A stretch of 64,000 nucleotides of DNA from Monocercomonoides exilis PA203. Its lineage: Eukaryota; Protista; Preaxostyla. Positions within the stretch are counted from its first letter, which is position 1. Each line of letters begins with the position of its first letter. Location: NCBI GenBank assembly GCA_001643675.2, contig LSRY02000027.1:992001-1056000 (forward strand), given 5' to 3'. A model generated the notes under the pieces. The model searched no databases, was not told where the DNA came from, and worked only from the letters and a program-made list of their open reading frames with translations. Below, one piece after another: positions 22,846 to 35,530 of the stretch. The position numbers and the translations under genes are program-made.

Positions 22846-25800
22846 ATGAAAGGAATTATTTTAGCAATATTTATTGCATTTTCTGTTCTGATTCAAAGCA
22901 GTGCGCAGGATGCTCCAGTTGTGGAAGCGTTTGTCAAAAGCGGGGCAACTGATGGAGATGGAAAGTCATTTAATAGTCCGAAGAATTCTTTATCAGGAGC
23001 GTATGGATTGCTTACTGAAGCAGAAGAAGGTGAACTCACAATAAAAGTTATAAAAGCAGATGAAGGAACCGCAGCTCTGAAACCAGATGCAATTATATTT
23101 GATAAAACGTCTGGAATCTCGATTGAAGGAGTTGGAAATTCAGCGGATACAAATGAGAAAGTTGAGATTGATTGTGATGAAAAAACAGGAAGCGATTTAT
23201 TCACGTGCAAGAATAAAGTTTCGTTCAAATATTTGATTTTTGATATCTCAGCAGCACCAGAACAAGAAATAGGAGAATTCGAATCAAATACAGAACCATT
23301 CGCGCTCATCCATGCTGTTGCAGGATCAACATCACTTACAATTTCAAACTGCGATTTTGTTGGACCAACAAGTGCAGAAACTGTTGGAATTCATCTTGTG
23401 AAAGTGAGCGCAGGAACATTTATAATGAATCAGGTTGAATGCATTCATGCTGAGACAGCGATTTCATTCACTGTTACTCCATTTTTGGTTGAAGGAGCAA
23501 CAACAGTTTCATTGACATCGTTAACATTGAGCAAGATTACATCAAGCTCAAGTGCTGTGATGAAAATGTCAAGCACAAATAAAATTGAGGTTTCATTGGA
23601 CAGCTGCACATTTACAGATTGCTCTTCAAGCGACACAACAAGCGGAGCACTTTATGTTGAAAGCGCTTCGGAAGATAGCACATTTACGATTGGAAATACT
23701 GGCCCAACAACATTTACCTCATGCACATGCGAAAATGGGAAATCAGGCGGAATCTATTTGAATTTGAAAAACACTGCAGCTGATAAATTTACTTGGCCAG
23801 AAACAGGAACCAATTTGGCATTTTCTGGATGCACAGCAGGAGAAGGCAATTCAGTCAAGAATACAGGATTGTATTTGGATGTTCCAGTTGGAATTCATAG
23901 AGAGATAGCAGCAGCTATGAAAAGCAGTTTTGCGGCAGATTACAAAGTCGAAACAAACAAATGGTTTGTTGCTGCCAAAAAAGATAGCAACGCTGATGTT
24001 GACTTTGTGACAAAATTCATTGATTTGCACACCATTGCGTTTGCTAAAAAAGGAGGAAATAATTTGGGGACGGAATATGGAAAACCAGCCGGGTCGATAG
24101 GAGAAGCGTACGATTTGTTGAAAGAGGGAACAAATTCAGGAGGATATCAAATAAAAGTTATCAAAGATGACAATGCGTTGGAGGTCAACGCAATTACGTT
24201 GGAGAAAGAATCGCCAATTACGATTGAAGGAATTACAAATGCAGAAGGAACAAATGGGAAAGTTGAGATTGACTGCGATGCAAAATCAAATAGTGATCTA
24301 TTCACGTGCAAACAAACAGTGACATTCAGTTATTTGATATTCAACTTCCCAACAACATTAACACAAAATGCAGGTGAATCGAGAACAAATACAGGAACAC
24401 TCGCGCTTATCCATGCTGTTGCAGAATCAACATCACTTACAATTTCAAACTGCGACTTTGTTCGACCAGCAACAGGAGAAATTGGAATTCATCTTGTGAA
24501 AGTTAGCGCAGGCTCATTGAAAATAGATACTTTTGAGTGCGCCGATGAAACGAATACTGCAACATTTTCGGTGACACCATTTTTGGTGGATGGAGCATCG
24601 ACAGTTTCATTGACATCGTTGGATTTGAAGAAGATTACCTCTTCCACAAGTTCTGTGATGAAAATTGTTGGAAAAACTGATGCAGCTGTTTCAGTGTCAT
24701 TGGATAGCTGCACATTTACAGATTGCTCTTCAAGCGACACAACAAGCGGAGCACTTTATGTTGAAAGCGAAAAAGAGGACAGCACATTTACGATTGGAAA
24801 CACAGGCCCTACAACATTTACCACATGCACATGTGCGAATGGGAAATCAGGAGCTGTCTATTTGAAGATGACGGGAATTACCGAAGCTTCCAAATTGAAA
24901 TGGCCAACAGCGAAAGATAATTTGGTGTTCACTGGCTGCACAATTGGAACAGAAAATTCGATCAAGAATACAGGATTATATTTGGAAGTGCAATTTGGAC
25001 TACATGAGGAGATAGCAGCAGAGATGAAAAGCAGTTTTGCAGCCGATTACACACTCGAAAATAATCGATGGTTTGTTGCAGCTAAAGAAACCGAAGACAA
25101 AGATGTTGATTTCACAATAAAATATTTTGATCCTCCGATTGTGTATGTCAAAAGTGGAGCGACTGATGGAGATGGAACAACCTTTGAAAGACCTGTTGGA
25201 AGCTTGAAAGGAGCATATGATTTGCTTGAAAACAAAAATGAAGACGAGCTAACAATAAAAGTGATAAAGCATGATGAAGGAAAGGAAGCTCTTAAAGCTG
25301 AAGCAATTACATTTGACAAAGCATCAGGAATCACGATTGCGGGTGTACAAAAAACTGATAATGCAGAAAGCGAATCGGAAGTTACGATCGATTGCGATGT
25401 AAAATCAGGAAGCGATCTGTTCACGTGCAAGAAGAAAGTTGAGTTCAGGAGCCTTGCTTTCAGCTTCCCAATTTCGTTGGATACACCCACTGAACCCACT
25501 GAACCCACTGAACCAGAACAACCAAAGAATGATGGTCCAACAGTGACAGCCACAGGACCATTTGCATTGATGGTTACAGAAGGTGCAGATGCAGAATTGA
25601 GCATTGTGAACTGCAGATTTGTTCGACCAGCCACTTCTGATAAACTTGGGATGCTTTCAAATGCAGGTGAAGAAACAGTTGGAATCCATCTTGTGAAAGT
25701 GAGTGCAGGCTCATTGACGATGAATGGAGTTAAATGCGAGGGAGGCGAAAGTGCAATTTCATTCGCAGCAACACCGTTTTTGGTTGAAGGAGCAAAGGAA

Positions 25801-26622
25801 GTTGTGATTGAAGATGTGGAAGTGAAGAAGGTGGAAGTGAAAGAGGGAGCAGCGATAAGCATCAAAGATGGAATGAAAGGAGAGGGAAAAGCGAGCAAAA
25901 AGAATGAAGTGACAGAAGAGATAAAAGGGACGATTATTGTTGTTGAAGGGCTGAAGATGGAAGAGGTGAAGTCGAAGAGTGGGAATACAGCAGGGGTGGA
26001 GATAGTGATGGGAGAGGAGAATTCGAAGGTAAGGATGGGAAGGGCAAAGGCATGCACATTCAAGGAGTGCAAGGCAGAAAACGGGAAGTCGGGTGCGATA
26101 TATATTGAGATGAAGCATGTGAGTGGGAATCTTGAGCTTCCAGGAGAGAACAAATTGGAGATTGATGGGACGAACAGCGGGAAAGGAACATCAGGAGCAT
26201 CGTTGTGCATTGTGGCTCCAGATTTTGACTCATTCAGCAAGCAGGACAATGCATTTGAGTTTGCAAAGAACTACGATGAAGGGAATGCAGGGTGGGTTGT
26301 TGGGGCAGCAGATGTCAATGCTGAGCCAGAGGATGTGTACGAGAAGTATCTGAAGGGGAAGGAACCCGAACCCGAACCCGAACCCGAACCTGAACCTGAA
26401 CCTGAACCAGAGCCACAGCCGCAGCCAGATCCAGGGAAGAAAGACAAACCAAAGACAAACACAGGAGTGATTGTTGTGGCAGTTGTGGTGCCGATTGTGT
26501 TTGTGATTGCAGTGGTGGTGATAGTGATTGTGGTGGTGGTGGTTGTGAAGAAGAGAAGATCGAAGAAGAACTCGGATGATGATGATGATGACAAGGAACA
26601 GGAGATGAGCAACCATGTGTAA
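22846..26622 (+). CDS. Type I membrane surface protein, 1258 aa: signal peptide, three ~370-aa internal repeats, (PE)n stalk, TM helix, short acidic tail
   Basis: MKGIILAIFIAFSVLIQSSA signal; repeated IDCD.K..SDLFTCK, GIHLVKVSAG and NGKSG(G/A)(I/V)Y; EPEPEP stalk; Val/Ile-rich TM followed by KKRR; single exon. Confidence 0.9.
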   Translation: MKGIILAIFIAFSVLIQSSAQDAPVVEAFVKSGATDGDGKSFNSPKNSLSGAYGLLTEAEEGELTIKVIKADEGTAALKPDAIIFDKTSGISIEGVGNSADTNEKVEIDCDEKTGSDLFTCKNKVSFKYLIFDISAAPEQEIGEFESNTEPFALIHAVAGSTSLTISNCDFVGPTSAETVGIHLVKVSAGTFIMNQVECIHAETAISFTVTPFLVEGATTVSLTSLTLSKITSSSSAVMKMSSTNKIEVSLDSCTFTDCSSSDTTSGALYVESASEDSTFTIGNTGPTTFTSCTCENGKSGGIYLNLKNTAADKFTWPETGTNLAFSGCTAGEGNSVKNTGLYLDVPVGIHREIAAAMKSSFAADYKVETNKWFVAAKKDSNADVDFVTKFIDLHTIAFAKKGGNNLGTEYGKPAGSIGEAYDLLKEGTNSGGYQIKVIKDDNALEVNAITLEKESPITIEGITNAEGTNGKVEIDCDAKSNSDLFTCKQTVTFSYLIFNFPTTLTQNAGESRTNTGTLALIHAVAESTSLTISNCDFVRPATGEIGIHLVKVSAGSLKIDTFECADETNTATFSVTPFLVDGASTVSLTSLDLKKITSSTSSVMKIVGKTDAAVSVSLDSCTFTDCSSSDTTSGALYVESEKEDSTFTIGNTGPTTFTTCTCANGKSGAVYLKMTGITEASKLKWPTAKDNLVFTGCTIGTENSIKNTGLYLEVQFGLHEEIAAEMKSSFAADYTLENNRWFVAAKETEDKDVDFTIKYFDPPIVYVKSGATDGDGTTFERPVGSLKGAYDLLENKNEDELTIKVIKHDEGKEALKAEAITFDKASGITIAGVQKTDNAESESEVTIDCDVKSGSDLFTCKKKVEFRSLAFSFPISLDTPTEPTEPTEPEQPKNDGPTVTATGPFALMVTEGADAELSIVNCRFVRPATSDKLGMLSNAGEETVGIHLVKVSAGSLTMNGVKCEGGESAISFAATPFLVEGAKEVVIEDVEVKKVEVKEGAAISIKDGMKGEGKASKKNEVTEEIKGTIIVVEGLKMEEVKSKSGNTAGVEIVMGEENSKVRMGRAKACTFKECKAENGKSGAIYIEMKHVSGNLELPGENKLEIDGTNSGKGTSGASLCIVAPDFDSFSKQDNAFEFAKNYDEGNAGWVVGAADVNAEPEDVYEKYLKGKEPEPEPEPEPEPEPEPEPQPQPDPGKKDKPKTNTGVIVVAVVVPIVFVIAVVVIVIVVVVVVKKRRSKKNSDDDDDDKEQEMSNHV

Positions 26623-27399
26623 GAGAGATGGTGTTAGAAAAGGGAAGAAAGAGAGAAAGAGGAAGGAGAGAAAGATGGAAGAGAAAAAGAGAGAAAGGGA
26701 AAGAAGTTAGGAAGGGTGAAGAGTTATTCTTGAATTTTTATTAATATTTTCATTTTCGCAATTGATTATGCACTTGTAATCATTTGACATACACTTTGCA
26801 TTTTGCATTTTTTACATTTTGCATAATTTGCCGTTCACTATATTGTTGCTTTTGGTGAAAGGAAATACATATGTATATGTATATATGTATTTATGTTTGT
26901 ATATGTACACTATTCTATTCATTTGTCATTCACTATTTTCAGAAAAGCCTTGGGAAGAGCTTGAAGGTGGAGGAGAGGATGGAGAGAGAGAAAGGCTTTG
27001 GATATTTGTGATGGTTGAAAGATTATTAGATGTTTTTATGATGTTTTGATTTGTCCATTTTGATGGAAGGTTTAACTCGACTTTTACAATTATTTTTTTA
27101 TTTTTGAAGTTATAACTTGATTTTATCGTTATTTATATTTTTATTTATTTTTTTATTTATTTTTATTTTTGTTCATTTGTTCCATTGTTTTTTGATTTTC
27201 GCTTTTGACGTGTTCAGGAGAAAGCGCCTTCCATTCAGCAGGAAAGCTGCAAAGTCCTCCCTCTGCTGAATTGGATATATTTGCCCTTTTTTTTTCATTT
27301 TTTCATTTTTCATATATTTGACTGTTGCATCAATCAAAGTGAAATGATTTGGATGCTTTGTTTTGCAGCTCACTTTGTTTGGGGCACAGGAATTTGTTC

Positions 27400-29070
27400 A
27401 GATGAACAAGAATAAAAACATGAAAAACAAAACAATTCCATTTTTTTATTTAAAAGAGAGAGCTAATCCCCCCAAGTTTGATGCTGCAAAAGCAGCTTCT
27501 TCAGAAAACAAAAGAAAATAACAAGAAAGCAGCTGAAATGAAGTAGAGGAAGGAAGTGAAGACAAGATGGATCTGAATGATGCAAAAGTGGTTTCAGATC
27601 TTTCTTTTTCTCCCCACTTCACACTCCTCAAGACAAACAAAGATCCCTGCTGATTGCTGATCCAGCGTTTGCTTCATTCCTCTTTCCTCTTTCCTCTTCT
27701 TCGCCTTTCGGCCAAATCTATCAGCTGCTCCAACGTAAGTATCCTTTCTGAAATATCATCTTCTATTCATTCAACTCCACTTTGCCTCTTCCTCTCCCTC
27801 CTTTTTCATTCCTTGTTCTCATGTAATCACCCTCTCCATTATCATCTTTCGCATCTCCGACGAGTCATCCAACTTCCCCAATTGTTTTTCCATTTTCCTC
27901 TCCATCATACGATCAATTGAATAAATTTGTAGCGTTTATTATTGATTGTTCACATTTGACTTCAAAAATCTGTTCAAATACAAAAATTTCTGCTGCATGC
28001 TTTATTGAAGATCTGTCAGCCTTATTCGCCGGAAAATTCAATATGCAAACATATGTGCATCTTTTGCTGAAATTTCTTGAATAATTTATCGATGCGTTAT
28101 ATCTTTTCTTCTTGTGGTACATATTCTTCAAAACTGAAGCAAGGAATTGGTAATCCATTTGCGCTTGCTTTCAAGAAATACATTCTTCATGGAATTTGGC
28201 ACTTCAAAAAAATACCACGGCCAGCTTCAAGAATACCTTTCTGTGAAAAAGAAGATGGTGGAGCAAGCCAATAAAAATATAAATATAAATATATTTAACA
28301 AATAAATCATAAGCAAATGCGAATTCACACTTCAACTGAATGCCCCATCTCGCAACCAGCCCAACTGATATGAATCAAAAATATTTTTTCTGCTCTTCTT
28401 TGCCACATATCAGACTTGCCAAACTCCAAACTGAACTTCTGCTGGATGTCAAAATCCAGCACAATGCAGCAAAGATCAACCTTCATGCACCCCAACTGTA
28501 TTTTCATCACTTATGCCTTCCTCTCTAACGTCTGTCCTCATGCAACATGCCTAATATCAAGCAGCTGTCTTCAGAAAAATTCTCTGAACGGAGCACAAAA
28601 TCGAGAAATTCAGCTGTAAGAACTTTAAAACTACTGATGCATCAACCCTGACGCTTCCAGAAAAAAAAATGACAAAATTCCACTCGAACCATTTGATATC
28701 ATGGCCAGCTTTGATGAATTACGGCAATATTCCCTTTTTCTTTCCTTTCCACACAGCTTCGCAGATTCCCAGTTCCTCAGATCGATATTGTTCTGTGCTT
28801 TTTAATCTGCATCCACAATCCTTTAAAAAGCTGCTCAAAGCACTGTTTTCTTCAAGAAATCGTAAAATTATTCTTCTGCAAGCTATCATCCCACAAGCAC
28901 CCATTGAATTCGTAGCCTTCCAATGCCACTGTTACTTTTTCGCTTTTGACGTTCAACAGCATCCTCGCTCCTTTCAGCTGCTTATGCTCCATGTATTTGC
29001 ATCTCTTTCTGGCTCGTTCGTATATTTGCCATATAAAAAATATAATTTGGATATCAATTTATGATATCTC
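27400..29070 (-). pseudogene. Decayed gene fragments of unknown family
   Basis: Coding-like composition with short interrupted frames (e.g. GMIACRRIILRFLEENSALSSFLKDCG, EDDISERILTLEQLIDLAERRRR) and no continuous ORF. Confidence 0.3.
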
Positions 29071-29137
29071 GACAGGAAAATAAAACATAAACAGAATTAA
29101 AACAATATTTCAAAAAATATCAGTAAATGAAACGAAA

Positions 29138-29170
<33 letters not shown>

Positions 29171-29199
29171 TGACAGATAGATAGATAGAAAATAAAGCA

Positions 29200-32100
29200 A
29201 ACTTGAAGTTGGCCAAACGGAACTTTCAGAGGAACTGCAACGCCAATGCGCGACCGGTCATTAAGACCAGCTTTTGCCAAGTCTCCTTTCTCTCGCGCGC
29301 TTTTCTCATGCCCATTTCCAACAAAGTTCAACCTCTCCATCGCCTTCCCTCTTGCCACTGCCCCACTCTCCCCATATATCCACTTTCCCCATCCCTTTTC
29401 TTGTCTTCCCAGCTCGGCGAAGAAACAAACGCATAGTGCAACATCTGCACAGCCACCTTCTCCAGCGCTCGCGCTGCTGTCAGCGCTGCTGTCCGCGCTG
29501 CAAGCTCCTCCGTCCGCTCGCACGCAACAAACCCCACAACTTCCGCAATGAGATGCCCCGCAAGCTGGAACAGAACATTACACATCCCATCAAAGTCAAA
29601 CGTGATGTTGTGCTAGTGACTTTTTAAAAAGAACTGCTCGTACGGAATACACAACAGCTCAGGCTGGAAGAACGGCTGCTCTTTCACAAAGCTGAGTGAT
29701 GCAGCTGGAGAGAGACAGACCAACGTGCAGATTGAGACGAAGTCAGAAGCAAAGCAGTCATCTAATGAGCTGAATCAGAGGAAGGAGCGCACATATGCAA
29801 AGCAGCAGTTCCTGCGTTGTGCGTAAGGAGGTAGTTTCTACGCGCTATCTCGATGCTTTAAAGCAGAAAATACAACATTCACAGGAATGCAAATGAATCC
29901 TTCAGCTACTCCCACTCGTCCACAAGCACACAATACGAAACACAAAATTCTTCAATCATCCCTTTCCCATGGAACACTTGCCCGATCGCATACGTCGCAT
30001 CCCGCAGAGCTATCAACGGCATACTTTCATGCGGCACAACCGCCCCAATCGCAACAAGATCGTCCATCGTCTCTCTCTGCCTGTCCGAGTTCAAATGCAA
30101 CAATGCCCCATCAAATGTCAAACACCCACCCCCACCTCCACCCCCTTCTCTTTCCCTTCTCTTCTCTCTCCTCCCAAACAGCCTTCCTCCAATAAACGTA
30201 ATGCTCATCGTCCCGTCCGGCTGTATCATCCCTTCCACAACCGGCTTCCCCACAATCCGCTCCCGCTCTGCACACAGCTCCACCAGCGCCACCGTCACCA
30301 TCATCCTCTCCAGATGGTACCGCTAGCTCTCGTTCTTTCATTTATCGATCAGCCTCAAAAACCTCAAGTGCAGAGATTTCATATCCGGAATCTGCCCTTC
30401 CTTCTTTTCCAAGTATACCTAGTTGCCATCTCTCTCTTGCTCCTCATTTGTTGCCAAACCAATCATCGACATTTGCACCTGTTCCACATCTTTCCCCGTA
30501 TTTCCTTCACTACCCTCTGAAGTTATGCTCAAAGGTTCATCTGCTACTTCTTCTTCTGATCTCCTATTCTCCTGTTGAACGCCATTGGCTGATGAAGATC
30601 TGTTCATGTAAGGTTTCACTGAATGCTGCTTGTCTGCACCCGCCTCAGTCTTCGCAAACCTCAGCCGACCCATCCCAAGCTCTTTGACAATCATCAACAC
30701 CATCGCTTCTTCCAGCTTCCCACGATTCTCTTTGATACTTTCCACAAACTCTCTGTGTGCTGTCGGATTCCCGCCTTTCTCCTCATTCCCATCTCCTTCC
30801 TCTATTTCTTCTCGCTCTTCCAGCACCGCCAGATAAATCGCTGCAGATGTGGATGATGCTACCATTGCCGAAACATCCGAATGGACAATTGCAGGTGCTG
30901 ATGATGAAGTTGAAGAAGAAGAAGAAGAAGAAGAAGAAGAAGAAGAAGAAGAAGAAGAAGAAGAAGAAGAGGGAGAAGAGGGAGAAGAAGAGGTAATGGA
31001 TGTGGAAGAAGGAGAAAGAGGAGGAGAAGAAGAGGAAGGGGAAGGGGAAGAGGAGGAGGAGGATGATGATTCAAATGCAAGTTGTGGAAGAGAAGAAGAA
31101 GAAGAAGAAGATGATGATGACTCAACATTGACTGTTGATGATTGATGTTGTACTTGTTCGGTTTGTGCATTTGAAGAAAAAGAAGAAGGTTGCTCTTCTT
31201 CTTTCATTTTATTTTCTTTTTCTTCTTTTTCTTTTTCTTTCGCTTCATCAACATTATGTTGAACATTTTCTTTTTCTTTTTCTCTTTCTTCTCTTTCTCT
31301 TTCTTCTTTTCTTTCTCTTTCTCTTTCTCTTTCTCCTTCTTCTCTTTCTCCTTCTTCCTCTATCTTTTCATCGTCATCTTTTTTTCTCTCATTTCTTCCT
31401 TCTGAAATCTTTTCGTTTTCGTTTTCATTTTCATTTTCATTTTCATTTGTTGTTGTTGTGCTTTCAATTAGAAGAGAATTTTGACTTAGAAATTGTTCTG
31501 GAATTGCTGATGATATTACTTCTGGATGAAGAGAAGAAGAGGAAGAAGAAGAATTTGATAAAGAAGAGGAAGAGGAGGAGGAGGATGATGAGGAAGAAGA
31601 ATTTGAAGAAGGTAATTGATCAGATGTTGAGGAAGTTACATTTTGATTAGTTATGTTTTCATTTTGGTGCTGATAAAAGGATTGATTTGAAGAAGAAGAA
31701 GGCAAAGAAGAAGAAGAAGAAGAAGAAAGAGAAGGCGAGGGGGAGAAAGAAGAAGGAAATGAAGAAGAGGAGGAGGAGAAAGAAGAAGAAGAAGAAGAAG
31801 AATTAACATTAGCATTATTATTATTATTATTGATTTGAATATTAATATTTCTCTTTTGTTGTTTTGGGTGTTTGAAAGGAGGGATGAACATGTCATTCAG
31901 ATGGATGGAGAGTGGCTTTGAATTAAGAGAAGAAGGAGAAGAGGAAGAGGAGGAGGAAGGAGAAGGAGAGGAGGAGGAAGAAGAAGAAAGAGAAGAAGAA
32001 GAAGCATTATTCACAAAAGGAGGGATGGAAGGCAATAAAACAGGAGAGAGGGATAAAGTGGGTGATTGAGAGAGGAGTTGAGAAGGTGTGGGAGAAAGAG

Positions 32101-33260
32101 AAGGAGAAGAAGAAGAAGAAGAAGAAGAAGAAGAAAAAGAAGAAGAAGAAGAAAAAGAAGAAGAAGAAGAAGAAGAAGAAGAAGAAGAAGAAGAAGATGA
32201 TGATGATGATGATGATGAAGTTAATGCTGAATGATCAGAGTTCAACATAATGACTGCTTTCGTGAACAAAATTCTTGCAGCAACAGATATCAAAAAAGAA
32301 CGAAAAAGAAGAAGAAGAAGAAAAAGCATCTGAAAGAGAAATGGAATGAAATGAGTTGGATGGATCTCTTCTGGAGGAAGTTGAACGACAAATGTGAACA
32401 AGACTCATTTGAAGAAAATGAAGAAATGATTAATAGATTCTAATTTCATAACAGCCAATAGCAGTAAGAGAATGAAGATCCATTTCATGTTTCAACACAA
32501 GAATATGATGGTAGTCCAAACAACAAATTTTCAAATACGAAGAAGGTGTTCTTTCCATCAGCCAAATAAAAAAATATCATCAATGAAGAAATCGAAGGAA
32601 AGGAGAAGAAATCACTTATGCTGCAAAAATTCTGCTTGAAATGGATTGCAACCATGAATGAAGCTCAACACAAAAAATGCTGTTGTCTGTTGGAATGGAA
32701 AAATGATATAAAAAATACATAAAAACAATAAGTTTTGCATTGATTATAAAAATTCCTCAAAAGAACACATACACCCTCCCTATTGCAAAAGTAGAAGATT
32801 GTTCAATCGCTGATGCTGCCATTCTCCTTTTCCATTGTTTCCCTGTGCTGCTTTCTCCATCATCCTTTTCCCCCCATAAATATCCTGCTTTCAATGTTGT
32901 CATCCAATTTTTTTCCTGAAAAAAATATCTCCGAATTCTATTCTTTCCAAGAGCCGTTAAATTGTGGACATTTTTCTTTTTCCTCTCTTATCCAAATGAT
33001 TTGAAATAGAATTTGTTTTTCATCTCCTGTTCAAGTTGAATACGGAAAATATGCAATTCTTATGTGCTGATTGTCTCTCGCTATCCAGCTCTCTTCTGAT
33101 ATTCTCCTCGGAAAAATAAAGAAATGGTCATTTGTATAATTTGTCAGATTCTTGGGCTCTGAGAGGCCACAGATGGAAACATCTTTTAAATGAACAAGAA
33201 TAATAAAAAATGCAAACATTTTAATATTTTCATTCAACAACCAAATTGCTGCATTTCCTT
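29200..33260 (-). pseudogene. Large Ser/Glu low-complexity gene, probably disrupted (main ORF 30419-32401)
   Basis: The 660-codon ORF has no ATG at its start, begins with a hydrophobic segment and ends in TAG. Coding-like GC-richer fragments continue at 29906-30304 and 29328-29585 with stops between them. Confidence 0.4.
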
Positions 33261-33646
33261 CCATGATTTTTTTATAAAATCATCTCGCCCCATTCCATCG
33301 TCAATTCCCAGCCGTTGCCGTCTCGTGCAACCTCTCAAAATAATATCGTCCATTCCGCAGAAAATATTTGTTCTCCATCTCTCATTTTTTAGCAAGGAAT
33401 ATTAATGTTTATTCAAATCTGATGATCTGATCATCCATTACTGCAAACAGGAAATTGAAAGTTCATTTGCTCTCTTTGTAATATATTTCCAAAAATATAA
33501 ATGCACAAAACAGAGGTGTGAACGTACGTATTTTATAATTATTTTATAATTTTTATTTTTCATCCATTTCTTTAACCAAACGAACGCACGAACAATGTGA
33601 TGATAAAAATGGTGTTGTTTTCTATAACTGTTAATCTTTTAAAAAA

Positions 33647-35073
33647 ATGCAGGAGATGGATAACACAAAAAAGTTTACAGGTTTTCAAATATCTTTGCAC
33701 TCGAATTCTCGATGATTGGATATCTTTTTTCTCATTTTTTTATCAAAGAATTGTTTTGTGAACTGGAAGATTGCGATAAAGATGAGCAGAAACAAAAAAT
33801 CGAAGAAATGAATGAAATGATTAATGAAATGAATGGAAAAGAATTCAGATCTGTTTTCACAACCGAACTGTTCAACAAAATACACCAAATGATAAAAGAA
33901 GAAAAATTGCCTCTGGAGAATGCCATTCTATTGCTGAAGCATATTGGATATTGCAAAGTAATGAGAAATATGTGGGTTGATGGCTTTAAAAATTCTTCAT
34001 TGAGCGAGAAAATTCAAAATATGATCATTGAAGAATATAAGAAAAAAGGAGGAAAGATTGAAAAGCTTTTTGTAAATCTTTGCGAATGCATTGTTTTACT
34101 GGGCGATGCCATCATTTCGGACGAAATTCTTTCAATCATTGTGCCTTGCCTTCTGAAAGCAACCTTAAAGAAAGAGAAAAGCGAGGAAATGCAAAAAGAG
34201 ACGAAAATGGTTTTTTTGGCTTTGAGTTGCTTTGATATGCGTAACGTATGAATCATTATTTTTCATTTTTGATTGTATTGCAATTTTTATCCACTTTTTT
34301 TTTCAAAGAAGTCTATGAAACAAGAATGGTATTTGAATGAAATCAAAGCGATTATCCAATATCATCAGGAGCATCACAATCTGACTCGACCTGCCTATCA
34401 AATAGCTTGGAAATTTTTGATTGACCGAACTCTCTTAAATAAAGGTTTGAATGAAGTGATAGTGAATGAATTGCATTTTTGGAGAGAGGCGGCAAAAGAA
34501 CTGGAAGTGTTTGCGAAATGTGTGAATTGGAAGGGAGAAAAAGGAGATAGAGAAAAAGAAATGAAAGAAGCGTATGCTTTGATGAAATGGTTCGAAAAGT
34601 TGGAGTATTTTTTGTGCTTTTGTTCGTTGTGGAATGAAGAATTTGCTAAGCTCATCAACAGTATTGTTCAGGTATTTCGAGCGACAAAGGATAATTACAT
34701 AGGTATAAGCTGGAAATGCTTTTATTTATTAAGGGAAGCAGCAAAAAGAGAATACGTGAGAGTCGATGACCTGTTGAAAAGCGGAGCAGTTGATGTTGCT
34801 TTGGAGGAAATGAAACAGTCAACGTTGATTGACAAAATGACTTATTTATTCATAACATTTTTAATGTTAGTTTTAATGCAATTGAAAGAAGAGGAGAAAG
34901 AAGAAATGAAAGAACAAATTAGAAAAGAGGTGAAAAGAAAAGTGTTTGAAAAGATGGAAGAAGAGGGATATTACGACGTCAACACAAGCTTTTGCGAAAC
35001 ACTGCATTATCTCAACAGCAAATATTTTTGTGGAATATGTTTGAATGTTTCTGATTATTTTGTGAATATCTGA
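33647..35073 (+). CDS. Member of a lineage-specific E/K/M-rich helical-repeat family; 3 exons (33647-33680, 33749-34245, 34309-35073)
   Basis: GT-AG introns join KKFT-ELFCELEDCDKDEQKQKIEE...VPCLLK...YHQEHHNLTRPAYQ...LLKSGAVD...FEKMEEEGY; paralog of the next gene. Confidence 0.85.
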
Positions 35074-35245
35074 AGAAATCAGATGCATTTCACTTTGTAA
35101 CTCAAAAATCAGATGAACCGTGAAATAGCAAACCAGTGTTCCTAATCCTCCATTATTTTGAATTGATAATTTCAGACTTGAAAGCATAGATATCTTTTAT
35201 TGGTAGAGTTTTGGTTTTTTGAATTTTTTCAGAAATCGCATTTTC

Positions 35246-35288
<43 letters not shown>

Positions 35289-35530
35289 AAAAAAGGATAA
35301 TTCAATAAGCTTGATTCTTTTTCGATCGGATTTATTTATTTTAAATAAATAAATAAATAATAATAATATTAAAACATTTTTCACAAAAAGTCTTGATATT
35401 CTTTGAGAAAACATTTTCATATAATTTTGCACATTAGAATTCTTTTATTTCTCGAGCAAATGAGTATTCTGCACAAAAATCATAAAAAGGAAATGCAAAA
35501 AGATGAAGTGAATGAAAGAAAACATGTAAA

